Shown here: piece by piece, positions 1 to 12,255 of the stretch
Position numbering within the stretch: position 1 is the first letter of the stretch
Layout: each line of letters opens with the position of its first letter
Assembly: GCF_963921235.1 (NCBI RefSeq)
Contig: NC_086107.1
Location: forward strand, 94,180,001 to 94,244,000
Reading direction: 5' to 3'
Source of the DNA: Mobula hypostoma
Taxonomy: Eukaryota
Length of the DNA stretch: 64,000 nt
Notes under the pieces: generated by a model
Database searches by the model: none
Seen by the model: only the letters and a program-made list of their open reading frames with translations
What the model was told of the DNA's origin: nothing
Translations under genes and position numbers: made by a program

Positions 1-499
1 CGAGATCCTCCAGCAGATTTCTGTGCGTGTTAAATTATCGACCTTCCTTCTGCCAGACAGACAGAAGGACGGCACAATCTTCGTTTGTGAACAGAAGTTG
101 CCGCAAAAGACAAAAGAATATGCAAATAAGCTGTCTATTTATGTTAGCAAGCACCAATAATAAATAACGTTTTCAGAGAGCAGAGATGTGCCCAGCCAAC
201 ATTCCCAGCCCCCAACAACATGGGCCAGAAGTGGAATAACTAACCCATCTTTACAGTGGAAAGTTGCCGGTATTAAATACCAACCACTTTTCCCTTTCCT
301 GAAGCTCCTCACTCAGTTCTTGGAATTTCTGCCCCCTCGTATGAGCCATTTCCACCCTGGGAAAAAGACTCTGTCTGTCCATTCAGTCTACACATGTGCT
401 ACCAGCATCATCATGCACATAAATAAAGGCAGCTTTCCCCCCCAGAAAGTTATAGCCAATCTTTGCTGCAACACCAATCTTTGACAACTTTAGAAATGC

Positions 500-920
500 G
501 GCTACTCGCTGGAGTTTAGAAGAATGGGGGGGGGGGGGAATATCATTGAAATCTATCAAATATTGAAAAGCCGAGATAGAGTAGATGGAGAGAGGATGTT
601 TCCTCTAGTGGGGGAGTCTAGGACCAGAGGGCACAGCCTCAGAATAGAGGGACGTCCATTTAGATGAGGAGGAATTTCTTTAGCCAGAGGGTGGTGAATC
701 TGTGGAATTCATTGCCACAGAGGGCTGTGAAGGGCAAGTTACTGGGTATATTTAAAGCAGAGGTTGATAGGTTATTGATTAGTCACGACGTCGAAGGATG
801 GGGGTGAAGGCAGGAGATGGGGTTGAGAGGAAAAATAAATCAGCCGTGATCAAATGGCGGAACAAACGATGGGCAGAATGGCTTGATTGTGCTCCTATGC
901 CTTATGATCTTATGGTCTCA
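500..920 (+). mobile_element. CR1 LINE 3' fragment
   Basis: Typical CR1 ORF2 tail (aggaggaatttctttagccagagggtggtgaatctgtggaattc) and a cttatgatcttatggtct 3' end. Confidence 0.85.
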
Positions 921-1090
921 ATTATTTTTACATATTTGTGTTTTAAATAAGTTTCAGATTAACTACCGTGAGTTTTTTTTAAATTAGCTTGTCAAAACAC
1001 TTCCAAACGTCACAATACTCAGCCAATGGCACTGACACATTGTACATATTATAATCATAATTCGGGGTGATTTTTAACTCCAAACCTTAC

Positions 1091-1121
1091 AGCCAAAAAG
1101 GCAATATCACAGACATGCACA
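1091..1121 (-). CDS. SPIB: Probable second coding microexon of Spi-B, 31 nt
   Basis: ccttgttttttttag|TGTGCATGTCTGTGATATTGCCTTTTTGGCT|gtaagg. In frame with exon 1 it gives MHTLETPHVHVCDIAFLA and ends in phase 0, similar in size and phase to the short mammalian SPIB exon 2. Peptide similarity is weak. Confidence 0.55.
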
Positions 1122-1508
1122 CTAAAAAAAACAAGGTCGCTGTCAAAAAGTATAACCGAAACATAACGTCAATTGCTTTAAAACAATTCACTGTCAAAGC
1201 TAAATTCGATTCATTTTCTTTACAGCCATTCCTATTGACGCCGTTAAAATTGTCAGCCCGATCGAATACCAAAGTAGAAGTGCTTGTCCCAAAAAGTTTT
1301 CAAACTATTAAGCGACTCCAGTGAAAGGAGGAAACCGCGATTGGAGGTGCCCGAAGGGGAGGCTTTATTGTCACATTGCATAATCAGACAACTCTTTTAA
1401 AAAGTTCTGAGTTTTGTTGCTGGCTTGTTTGTATGGGACGAGGCGTACGGCGGCGTTGGCAGTGAGGGTCCCTCTGGTAGCTCAATGGCTGCAGTGGGTC
1501 ATACTTAC

Positions 1509-1531
1509 TGCGGCGTCTCCAGAGTGTGCAT
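1509..1531 (-). CDS. SPIB: Probable first coding exon of Spi-B (Spi-family ETS transcription factor), 23 nt
   Basis: gccATGCACACTCTGGAGACGCCGCA|gtaagt: good Kozak context and a consensus donor. MHTLETP resembles the mammalian SPIB start MLALEAA, which also lies on a short phase-2 exon. It is downstream of and co-oriented with POLD1, as SPIB is in mammals, and sits in the CpG-richest part of the window. Confidence 0.75.
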
Positions 1532-2000
1532 GGCGAACACAGAAGAGGCGTGAAGTCAAGTCTTCAGTCTTGTTTCTTTTGAGAGCAAGCTCGTGTCCCT
1601 GCAAGCTTTTAAAAAATCTGAATTTTAGGGTGGGAGGAGCCTAATGTTCTGACTGCAAAAAAATCCCCTCAAGTTGCACAATCGATATCGCAGGGAGCTG
1701 TTTAGATCCTGTGTGCGAATGTTTTTTTGGCCGCGCGTGTGTGGCGGTGCAGCGCAGGGCAAAAAGCATCTTATTTCAGTGAAAATGACTCAGTGAACCC
1801 ATTCTCTCACACAACCGTGGGATAAGTGAAAGAGCGAGGAACGCATCTGAAGTAGAACAGCTCTTGGAGGAGACACACTCGTAACTGAACCTGAGCGTCC
1901 GGTCCGGGAACAGTCGGGGAATCGGCGGAGAGGTTTTGCCTCGGATCCCGGCGGTGACAAAGCTGCATGTCTCCAGATCGCGGGGTGGTGGTGGGGGGGG
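1532..2000 (-). promoter_or_regulatory. Putative SPIB 5' UTR and proximal promoter
   Basis: CpG-enriched unique sequence upstream of the ATG. TATA-like TTTAAAA ~1607-1613, GC/CACCC box GGGTGGGAGG ~1628, C/EBP-like TTGCACAA 1674-1681, AP-1 TGACTCA 1786-1792, GAGGAA ~1836. Confidence 0.55.
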
Positions 2001-2364
2001 GGGTCCTCTGTAACTGCTGGGAACCCCACTCTAACCACCCTTCTCAACCAGCAGAGATTACGCACACCGCGTACTTGTAGATCCCTCTGAATAAACTGGA
2101 GGGGGACCCTCCATTTTAGCTCCCCGTCGTCATTCAAGACAGTTCCTACTGCCTCTCCAGTACAATAATATATCCAGGGGCCAACAAGCACACACCCATC
2201 ACACTCGGTGCCAAACCATTGCCAAGGAAGGATTCTTGGCTCAAGCTGAGCGCAGTCATTGAGCGATATTGTATCTGTTGTCGGATCCACCGTGTTCTCC
2301 GGAGGATAGATAAAGGCGCCGACCAGAAATGATCAGATTCAGATTCATGTATTTTATCACAGGT

Positions 2365-2745
2365 ACGTCGAGACATAGTGGTGGCAGGATGAAGACAGGT
2401 CTCTGCCAAAGGAGGCGTGAAGCGCTCCCTTCCTCTTCTAGCCTGCAAATCTCCCTTAGGCAAGGCATAGCACCTACTTAGCCCGGATCAGGGCCAGGGT
2501 CAGGTAAAGCCATGGGAGCAAGAGGTTGATGGTTGTATGAGCAGCCAGTGCACATCACAATTCCTGGTTATGTGATCACTGACACCAGGTAGACAATCAC
2601 TGAAGAGTATTGATAATGGCCCGGGTCACCGGTCTTGTAAAGACACTGCCCAGAAGAACCCAATGGCAGATCACTTCTGTGGAAAAATTTGCCAAGAACA
2701 ATCATGGTCACCATGTCATACAGCACAGCACTCGATGAATGAACA
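2365..2745 (+). repeat. Unclassified interspersed repeat (possibly RTE-related SINE); shorter copy at ~51445-51605
   Basis: Both copies share ctct.ccaaaggagg.gt.aag.cgct and gaaaaatttgccaag..ca.tc.tggtca, and end in short gat/gaat tails. Confidence 0.5.
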
Positions 2746-4249
2746 AACATCAAAACATACAGTGAAATGTGTGTGCCATTTGCATTAACAGCCAACACAG
2801 CCCAAGAGTGTGCTGGGGGCAGCCGGCGAGAGTTGCCACACCTTCCAGCACCAACATCACGTGCCCACCATGTCTAACAGACAACACACAAACAAAACAA
2901 CAGCAAAACAAGCTTCTTTCCCACTCCCTCACTCACACTCCAACCCCAGGGCAGATCCCCTCCAGGCCTCCAGTCCTTGGCCCCGGCCTCTTGGACTCGC
3001 AGACATCAGGCCTCTGGCTAACCCAGGACTTGCCGGTCACAGGACTTTGACTTTTGGACCTTGACCCCGATCATCATTTAATCATCTTCACCCTCCCCTC
3101 CCCCAACTCAAAGCCACCAATCTGATGATTACTCAAATGCAATGGGAATTATTTTCAAATTTGAATTCACTTATTTATCACATTTAGATTGAAACAAACA
3201 GTGACTTGCGTCAACAACCAACACAACCTAAAGATTTGTCGGGGACAGCCAGCAAGTGTCGCCCCACATTCCAGTGCCAGCAGAGCATACCCCCACAGTG
3301 CTCGGCAGAACAACACAGAAAACAACAAACAACAAAGCAACAACAGCAAAACAAACCACTTCCCTCCCTCTCACCCACCCACCCACACAGACAGTCCTCC
3401 AGTTCTAACAAAAGGCCTCCAGGCCTCCGGTCTCCAACTGCCTAATGAGCCTTTTCTTCTATCAGCCAATGTTGCAATGATCCAATAATTCAACAAACAT
3501 TTAATCCAAGCCATTCACATCTGAATTTCACCCACAAGCCCAATCTCAATCCAATGGGACATATTCCAACAATCCACTAAGACCTTCCTTTACCCAATTT
3601 CCTATAGAAACAATTTCAAGCAAGTCTGACACCTTCTCCAGTCCAACCACTCCTCCAACCTAAGCCCCTTGTCCATTGGCCATCATTCCAATGACTCATG
3701 GATCAAAGATTCCAGAATCCAAAGCCTCACTAATCCAGAAGTCACCATTCCACTGACCAGCCAATCCCGATGTGCTCCTAAACCATTGATGTCTGACGCC
3801 CAAATCCATTGAAATCTGACCGTTGGTAGCAAAAAGAGGTCAGATCACTTGAGGTCCGGAAGTCGAAGCCGTGATTTTGCGAGTCCTGGAATCCGTACCC
3901 AGAGGTTGATGAAGCCAGGGGTTGAAGACTCAAGTAAGCAAGTCCATTGGTAAAGACCGAGGGTGAAGACTGCAAGTCGGGGCCAGAGACTGGAGGTTGG
4001 AGATTCGATATTTGTGAGGAAGATCCAATAGAATTAATAATAAACCCTTTTCTTCAGCCCTTTACCTCTTCAACCTATCCCCTCCCGGCTTCTCACTTCA
4101 TCTGCCCTCCCCCACTCATCCACTATCCCCCATCAGCTAGTCTCACCTCTCACCTGTCTCTTCCCCTCTCCCTACCTTTTTATTCTGACTTCTGTCCTCC
4201 TTCCTTTCCAGTCCTGATGAAGGTTCTCTGTCCAAAATGTCTACTGTTT

Positions 4250-4990
4250 ACTTTACTCTACTTTATTGTCACTAGACAATTGATACTACAGCATACAATC
4301 ATCACAGCAATACTTGATTCTGCTCTCCTGGAGTACAAATTGATAGTAAATAGTAAAAATTTAAATTATGAATCATAAATAAAAAGTAGGAAAGGGAAAG
4401 TATGGTAGTGCAAAAAAACCAAGAGGCATGTCCAGATATTTGGAGGGTACGGCCCAGATCCTGGTCAGGATCCATTCAGCAGTCTTATCATAATTGGAAA
4501 GAAGCTGTTCCCAAATCTGGCCGTATGAGTCTTCAAGCTCCTGAGCCTTCTCCCGGAGGGAAGAGGGACGAAAAGTGTGTTGGCTGGGTGGGTCGTGTCC
4601 TTGATTATCCTGGCAGCACTGCTCTGACAGCGTGCGGTGTAAAGTGAGTCCAAGGACAGAAGATTAGTTTATGTGATGTGCTGCGCCGTGTTCACGATCT
4701 TCTGCAGCTTCTTCCAGTCCGGACAGGACAACTTCCATACCAGGTTGTGATGCACCCTAGAAGAATGCTTTCTACGGTACATCTATAAAAATTAGTGAAG
4801 GTTTTAGGGGACTGGCCAAATTTCTTTTGTTTTCTCAGGAAGTAAAGGCGCTGGTGGGCGTTCCTGACAATGGACTCTGCTTGGTTGGACCAAGTCAGGT
4901 CATTTGTGATATTGACCTCGAGGAACTTAAAGCTTTTGACCTGTTCCACTTGCACACCACCGATGTAAATAGGGTCGTGCGGTCCGCTAC
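4250..4990 (-). mobile_element. Rex1/Babar-type LINE 3' fragment
   Basis: ORFs 4692-4955 (QRLYFLRK...NFYRCTVESILLGCITTWYGSC) and 4465-4653 (IIKDTTHPANTLFVPLPSGRRLRSL...FGNSFFP). Confidence 0.8.
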
Positions 4991-5889
4991 TCCTCCTTAT
5001 TCTCCTCCAGAGATGCTGCCTGACTTATTGAGATCCTCCAGCAATTTGTGTGTGTTGCTCTGGATTTCCAGCATCTGAAGAATCTCTTGTGTTTGTAATC
5101 ACTATAGTTAGCTCCTTCTGTTTACAGGGGCAACACACAAAATGCTGGAGGAACTCAGCAGATCGGGCAGCGTCTAAGGAGGGGAATAATCGGACAATGT
5201 TTCAGGCCGAGACCCCTCAGCGGGACGGGAAAGGAAGTGGGGAGAAAGCCAGAATAAGAAGGTAGTGGGGGGGGAGGTAGTACAAGCCGGCAGGTGATGG
5301 GTGAGACCAGGTGAGGGGAAGGCGGGTGAAGTAGTAAGCTGAGAGATGATAGGTCAAAGAGATAAAGGGCTGAAGAAGGAACCTGATAGGAGAGGGGAGA
5401 AGACCGTGGGAGAAAGGACACCAAAGAGTGGTGATGGGAAAGTGAGGAGAAGAGGAATGAGAGGGGAACCAGAATGGAGAATGGAAAAGAGAGATGAAGG
5501 AGGGGAAAGAAATGACCAGAAGTCAGTGATTGTATTTATTTTTTAAGTTTTTATTTAGAGATACAGCATGGTAACGGGCTTCTGGTCCAATGAGCCTGCG
5601 CCACCTAATTACTCCCTTGTGAGTAACTAACCTACCAGCTCGTACGTCGTTGGAATGTGGGGCACCTGAAGGAAACAGGGGGCCTGTTAAAGTAGATTAT
5701 TGAAATGTATTAGCAATCAGATTCTGGTCTTGGTATCCCTTTTCTACGTGCTGCAGGCACGCACAGTATTCCGAGAAGAGCAAAAGACCAGTGAAGAAAT
5801 CAGAGGAAAACCTATAACCGGACAGTGGTCGGAACGTGGAACTCACTACCACGTGGAGTGGCTGAGGCCGACAGAGGAAGCTCGGTAAA

Positions 5890-6450
5890 GAACGTAACGC
5901 TGAGGCTTTGTAAGGCATCGGTCAGACCGTACTTGGAGTGTTGTGAGCAGTTTTGGGCCCCTTGATGTGCTGGCATTGGAGAGGTTCCAGAGGAGGTTCG
6001 TGGAAACAATCCCAGGAATACAAGGCTTAATGTACAAGGAGAATTTGATGGCTCTTGGCCTGGACTCATTGAGATTTAGAAGAAAGAGGGGGCATCTCAT
6101 TGAAACCTATCGAATATTGAAAGATCGCTAGAGTGGACATGGAGAAGATGTTCGTTACAGTGGGGGAGTCAGGGACCACAGTACAAGGATGTTGCTTTAC
6201 AGCAATGATGAGGAGGAATTTCTTCAGCTAAAGGGTGGTGAATCTGTGGAATTCATTGCCATGGACGGCAGTGGAGGCCAAGTCACTGGGTATACTTAAA
6301 GCAGTGGTTGATAGCTCTTGATTAGTCAGGGTGTCAAAGGTTACAGGGAGAAGACAGGAGAATGGAGTTGAGAAGGATCATAAATCAGCCATGATGGAAT
6401 GGCGATGCAAACTCAGCAGACCAAATCATGCTCCAATGTCTTACGGTTTT
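5890..6450 (+). mobile_element. CR1 LINE 3' fragment
   Basis: LERFQRRF...IPGIQGL.Y.E.L.ALGL.SL, followed by the CR1 3' UTR. Confidence 0.85.
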
Positions 6451-8089
6451 ATTGAGAAGAGATTATTGAGAAGAAGAAGTATCATGTCTCGGTGAAGTAG
6501 ATGGACCGAGTAGAAGGCGGCCTGCGTGGAGAGCAAAGTCTAACATGACTCTTCACTGAGTGGGCACTCTGGACTCGCTGGCCTGGTGATGGTCAGATTC
6601 AGCTCATTTTTCACACGTATGTGGAAACAGACAGTGAAATGTGTCGTTTGCATTAACAACCAACACACTTAAGGATGTGCTAAGGACATTGGTGCCAACA
6701 GAGCATGCTCGTAATGCTCGGCAGAGCAGGACAGAGCACAGCAAGCGACAAAACAATAACAGGAAAATAAGCCCCTTTTCTCCCTCCCACCCTTGCACAC
6801 ACGCGAACAGTCACTGATCTCCAGGCCAGGCCTCCAGCTCCAGACCAGGACAGCCCTCTGGGACCCCAACCTCCAGTCTCCAGGACAGGCTCCGGGCCTC
6901 CAGCTCCAGTCTCCAGGGCAGGCCGCTGAGCCTCCAACCTCCAGAAGGCCTCCTGGCCTCCAGCTCCAGTCTCCAGGCCTCCGATCGAGCTTGGGACTTC
7001 CATCTTCAGAATCGACCCCCAGACTAGCTGAAGGAGGGCCCTCGAACTCCAGGCTTGAACTCTGGGCTCGCTGACTGATTGGGCCTCGAGCCTTCCGCCC
7101 ACACGGACATCTGATCTGGAGACCCACCAACTTGGGACCGCCCGACATCCATGGATGTCTTGAGTCACCCGATCCGTCGCTAGCCTTCAAGCACAGAGCG
7201 GAGGTCCGGTTCCCCAATGTCCTTCGTGCTCATGTCCACATCCCTGGACTTCAAGCACAGAGCTTAGGAACCAATAGCAGTCTCTATGTTATTAACTGTA
7301 TGTAATGAAATGCCATTGGTTGCAAAGTTTTGATGCATGTTTCTCCTAAAACCTTCCTATTTTGTAATGTTCCATTTATAATATCTGATTAAACTTCCTG
7401 TATCTCTTTTCTTCCACGAATTGACCAAAACCACCGGCTTGTTCTATTGTCTCATGGGGAAGGTTGGTATCTAGGTCAGTGTAAGTGATTGGAGACTCTC
7501 ATGTCAGGGCAACAGGTAGGAGATACTGTGGCTGCAGGTGAGCCTTGAGGTGTCCCGGAGCAGGCCCAGGAGGGTGAGCAGCCAGAGGGCATGGTCCATA
7601 TTGGTACCAATGACACAGGCAGGAAGAGGGATGAGATATTACAGCACAGAACAGGCCCCTCAGCCCACAATATTGTGCTGATCTTTTAACCTGCTCTAAG
7701 ATCAATCTAACCCTTCTCTCCTACTAGCCCTCCACTTTTCTATCATCTATGTGCCTACGTAAGAGTTTCTTAAATGTCCCTAATGTATCTGCCTCTACCA
7801 CCACCCCTGGCAGGGCGTTCCAGTCTCTCACCAGTTTCTGTGTAAAACCCTCACCTCTGGCACGTCCTTAAACTTTCCTCCATTCACCTTAAAATTATGC
7901 CCCCTCATGCAGGCTCCGGTAAAGCCGGTCTTTTCCTGGCTGCTCAGGCAAGAGGAGTGTTTATCGACTCGGAACCCTACAGAAATCAGGAGAAAGAGAA
8001 AGGGAGCAGATTCCAGCAAGGTCGGTCTTTTAGGGTTGCGCAGGGTGTGAAAAGTGTTGGTGCCACCTCAGCTGCAAGTAAAAGGAGGG

Positions 8090-11000
8090 TAGGCTCGGGT
8101 GGAGCGGCCATTGTGGGAGTGTGCCAGTGATAGAGTGTGAAGGCTTTGGCTCAACAGGCTTCAGCGTGCACAGGCGGAGGCGCAGTTAAGAAAGGGCAAG
8201 GCTTTTTGATTTTTGGGATAGGGCAGTCAGGATGGAAAGTTCCTCCTGTTGGATTTAGGATACCTAACTGTTTCCCGGATGACTACATCTGCAGGAAGAG
8301 CAGCCAACTTCAGCGCCTGACTGACCGGGTCAAGGAGTTGGAGCTGGAGCTGGATGTACTCAGGATCATTTGTCGGGGGGGGGGAGGTGGCAGAGATATT
8401 ATAGATGAGACTTTTGAAGAGGTGGTCACACCCAGAATACAGGCTCCAGACAGTAGATGGCAGATTACCAGGACAGATAAAGGGATTAAAAAGTCAGTGC
8501 ACAGTTCCCCCTCAGCAACAAGTAAACCCCTTTGGATACTGCTGGGGAGGATGACCGGTCAGATCATGGCAGCAGCTGCTGGTGGTGCTCTGACAGGCTC
8601 TGAAGCTCAACAGGGAAGCGTAAAGTCAGACAATGCAGTAGTTATTGGGGATTCAGTAGTCAGTATGGAGATTCTGTGGCCATGAAAGAGACACCAGGAT
8701 GGTGTGTTGCCTCCCAGGTGCTAGGGTCTAGGATGTGCCCGCAGAATATTCTCAAGGGGGAAGGGGAGCAGCCAGAGGTTGTGGTGCATTTCAACAGCAG
8801 TGACATAGGCAGAAAAGGGAAAGAGGTCTTACGCAGTGTATACAGATTCAGGAAAGAGGCTGATGAAAAGGACCTTCAAGGTAGTAATCTCTGGATTATC
8901 CTCAGTGCCACAGGTGAGTGCAGATAGGAACGGGATGATCACATGGGGGGACGTGTGGCTGCGGAGATGGTGTGGGGGACAGGGTTTCAAGTTCTTGGAT
9001 CATTGGAACCTTTTCTGGGGAAGGGATAATCTGTACAGGAGGGACAGGCTGCAACAGAACTGGAGGGAAACCAATATCCTGGCCTGGAGGATTGCTGATG
9101 CTACTCGGGAGGGTGTAAACTAGTTTTGCAGGAGGCTGGGAACTGGAGTACCAGGTCAATAAGGGCAGGATTGGACTGGAAGGTAGATGTCAGGGAAAGT
9201 ATTGAAAGGCAAAATTGAAATAACAGATATGATGGATCAGATAGTTTGAAGTGTGTATATTTTAATGCCAGGAGTATTCTGGGTACGGGAGGCAAAAGAG
9301 GGGATGAAGTTGCACTACTGTTCAGGGACAATATCAGAAGAGACATAATGGACACGAAGTCCATGTGGGTGGAACTTAGGAATAGGAAGGGTGCAGTCAC
9401 ACAGATGCGATTGTACTACAGATCCTCCATGAGCCACCAGAACATTGAGGAACAGATATGTAATCAGATTAAGGAAATGTGTAACAATAATAGGGTTGAT
9501 GTCATGGGGGATTTCGACTTCCCTTATTTCAACTGGGACCTTCCTAGAGTAAGGGGTTCAGATGGGGCAGGATTTGTGAAGTGTATCCAGGAAGGTTTCT
9601 TAAATCACTATGTGGACAGTCCAATGAGAGGTAGGGCTGTACTGGACCTGGTGTTGAGCAGTGAGCCTGGCCAGGTGACTGACCTGTCAGTGGGTGAGCA
9701 ATTAGAGAACAGTGACCACAACTCCTTATCTTTCAGGATAGTATAGATAAGGATAGGGCTGGTCCTACCAGGAGAGTTTTAAGTTGGAGTAGGGCAAATT
9801 GTGAGGGCATTAGGCAGGAACTAAGAAGCGTGAATTGGGAACACCTTTTCTCTGGCAAGCCCACACCAGGTATGTGGAGGGTGTTTAAAGATCAATCGCA
9901 CAGAGTGTATGTTCCTGTTAGAAGGAAAGACAGGGATGGAAAAATAAGAGGACCTTGGATGTCCAGAGAGGTGATGAATTTAGTCAAGGAAAAAAAAAGG
10001 AAAAGTATGTAAAGCTTCTGAAGTTAGGATCAAACGAAACACACGAGGAGTATAAATAAACCAGAAAAGAACTAAAGAAGGGAATTAGGAAAACCAGGAG
10101 GAGCCATGAAAAGTCCTTGGCATGTAGGATTAAGGTGAATCCCAAGGCATTCTATACATACATCAAGAGTAAAAGGATAACTAGGATAAAGGGGGTAGCA
10201 TTTGCTTGGATGCAGAGAATGTGAGTGAGGTACTTAATGAGTACTTTGCTTCAGTATTTACCAAGGAAAAGGACCAGGGGGTCGGTGCTGAGCGTATAAA
10301 TACATTAGGGCATTTAGAGATCAAAGAGGAGGAAGTGTGGGCCTTCTAAGGAGCATTAAGGTGGATAAGACCCAAGGCCTGATGGGATTTGCCCCAGGTT
10401 ATTGAAGGAGGCAAGAGATGAGATAGCTGGGGTCTTGACCAGTATTTTCCTGTCCTCTCCAGGCACAGGTGAGGTCCCAAAGGACTGGTGAGTAGCTAAT
10501 GTTGTACCTCAATTTAAGAAGGGACCAAGGAAAAATCCTGGAAACTATTGGCCAGTGAGTCTCACATCAGTTGTATGAACATTGCTGGAGAAAATTCTTA
10601 GGGATATGATATATGAGCATTTGGAAACCCATGGCCTAACTACAGAGAGCCAGCACGGTTTTGCACGTGGCAGGTGGTGTCTTACCAACTTGACTGAGTT
10701 TTTTGACACGGTGATGAGAGAGATTGATGAGGATAGGGCAGTGGATGTTGTCTGCATGGATTTTAGTAAGGCATTTGACAAAGTCCCTCATGGGAGGCTA
10801 ATCCAGAAGATTTAATGCATGGGATCTGTGGCGAATTTACTGTTTGGATTCAGAACTAGCTTGCACACAGAAGACAGAGGGACTAATTGAAGCTGGAAGT
10901 CTGTAATTAGTGGTGTTCCACAGGGATCTGTGCTGGGACCTCTGCTGTTTGTGATGTATATAAATATCCTGGATGAACATGTAGTTGCGTGGGTTAGTAA

Positions 11001-12255
11001 ATTTGTAAGATGATACCAAGATTGGTGAAGTTGTGAATAGTTTAGAAAACTGACAAAGAATACAGCACGATATAGATCAGTTGCAGATATGGGCCAGGAA
11101 ATGGCAGATGGAGTTTAACCCAGATAAGTGTGAGGTATTGCACCTTGGCAGGACAAATGTAAGGAGACAGTACACTGTTAAGGGCAAGATCCTGAACTGT
11201 GTTGCTGAGCAGAGAGATCTTGGGATCCAGGTTCACAGCTCCTTGAAAGTGGCCACACAGGTCGATAAGGTGGTTATGAAGGCTTATGGAATGCTTGCTT
11301 TTATTAGTTGAGGCATTGAGTTCAAAAGTCAGGAGGTTATGTTGCAACTTTATAAAGCTCTGGTTAGGCCACATCTGGAGTATTGTGTACAGTTCTGGTC
11401 GCCCTGTGTGATTCTCTGTGCAATTGATCTTTAAACATCCTCCACATATCTGATGTGGACTTGCCAGAGAAAAAGTGTTCCCAATTAACACTTCTTAGTT
11501 CCTGCCTAATGCCCTCACAATTTGCCCTACTCCAACTTAAAACTCTCCTGGTAGGACCAGCCCTATCCTTATCTATACTATCCTGAAAGTTAAGGAGTTG
11601 TGGTCACTGTTCTCTAATTGCTCACCCACTGACAGGTCAGTCACCTGGCCAGGCTCACTGCTCAACACCAGGTCCAGTACAGCCCCACCTCTCATTGGGC
11701 CATCCACATATTGATTTAAGAAACCTTCCTGGATACACTTAACAAATAGAAGGATGTTGAGGCTTTGGAGAGGGCGCAGAAGAGGTTTACCAGGATGCTG
11801 CCTGGTTTAGAGGGCATGAGCTATCACGAGAGACTAGATGAACTTGGGTTGTTTTCTCTGGAGCGTCAGACGCTGAGGGGAGATCTGATAGCAGTTTACA
11901 TGATTATGAGAGGCATAGATAGAGTGCACAGAGAGTATCGTTTCCCAGGGTTGAAATGTCTAATACCGGAGGGCATGCATTGAAGGCGAGAGGGGATAGG
12001 TTCAAGGAGGATATCAGGGGTAAGTTTTTACTCGGAGAGTGGTGGATGCCTGGAATGTGTTGCCTGGTATGGTGGTAAAGGCAAATACAATAGAGGATTT
12101 TAAGAAATGTTTGGATAGACGTATGGATATAAAGAGGATGGAGGGGTATGGACATGATGTAGGTAGGAGGGATTAGTGTTTGGGTGTTTTGGATTTGCCT
12201 TTTAATTGGATCAGCACAACATGGCCTGTTCCTGTGTTGTACTTTTGGATGTTCT
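8090..12255 (+). mobile_element. Near full-length degraded CR1 LINE (ORF1 zinc-finger/leucine-zipper plus esterase; ORF2 APE endonuclease plus RT)
   Basis: ORF1 remnants: PDDYICRK..QLQRLTDRVKELELELD, VVIGDS, WLRRWC...GFKFLDHW. ORF2 remnants: CVYFNARS, MGDFDFP, LDLVL, SDHN, SQHGF, DFSKAFDKVPH, WQMEFNPDKC. Many stops and frameshifts. Confidence 0.92.

Noticed and set aside
1790..2290. 166-aa minus-strand ORF upstream of SPIB exon 1
   Set aside because: No recognisable domain; likely a chance ORF in GC-rich promoter DNA.
6810..6985. CRISPR-like repeat-spacer appearance
   Set aside because: Vertebrate DNA with no cas genes, irregular spacing, and spacers that resemble the repeat itself.
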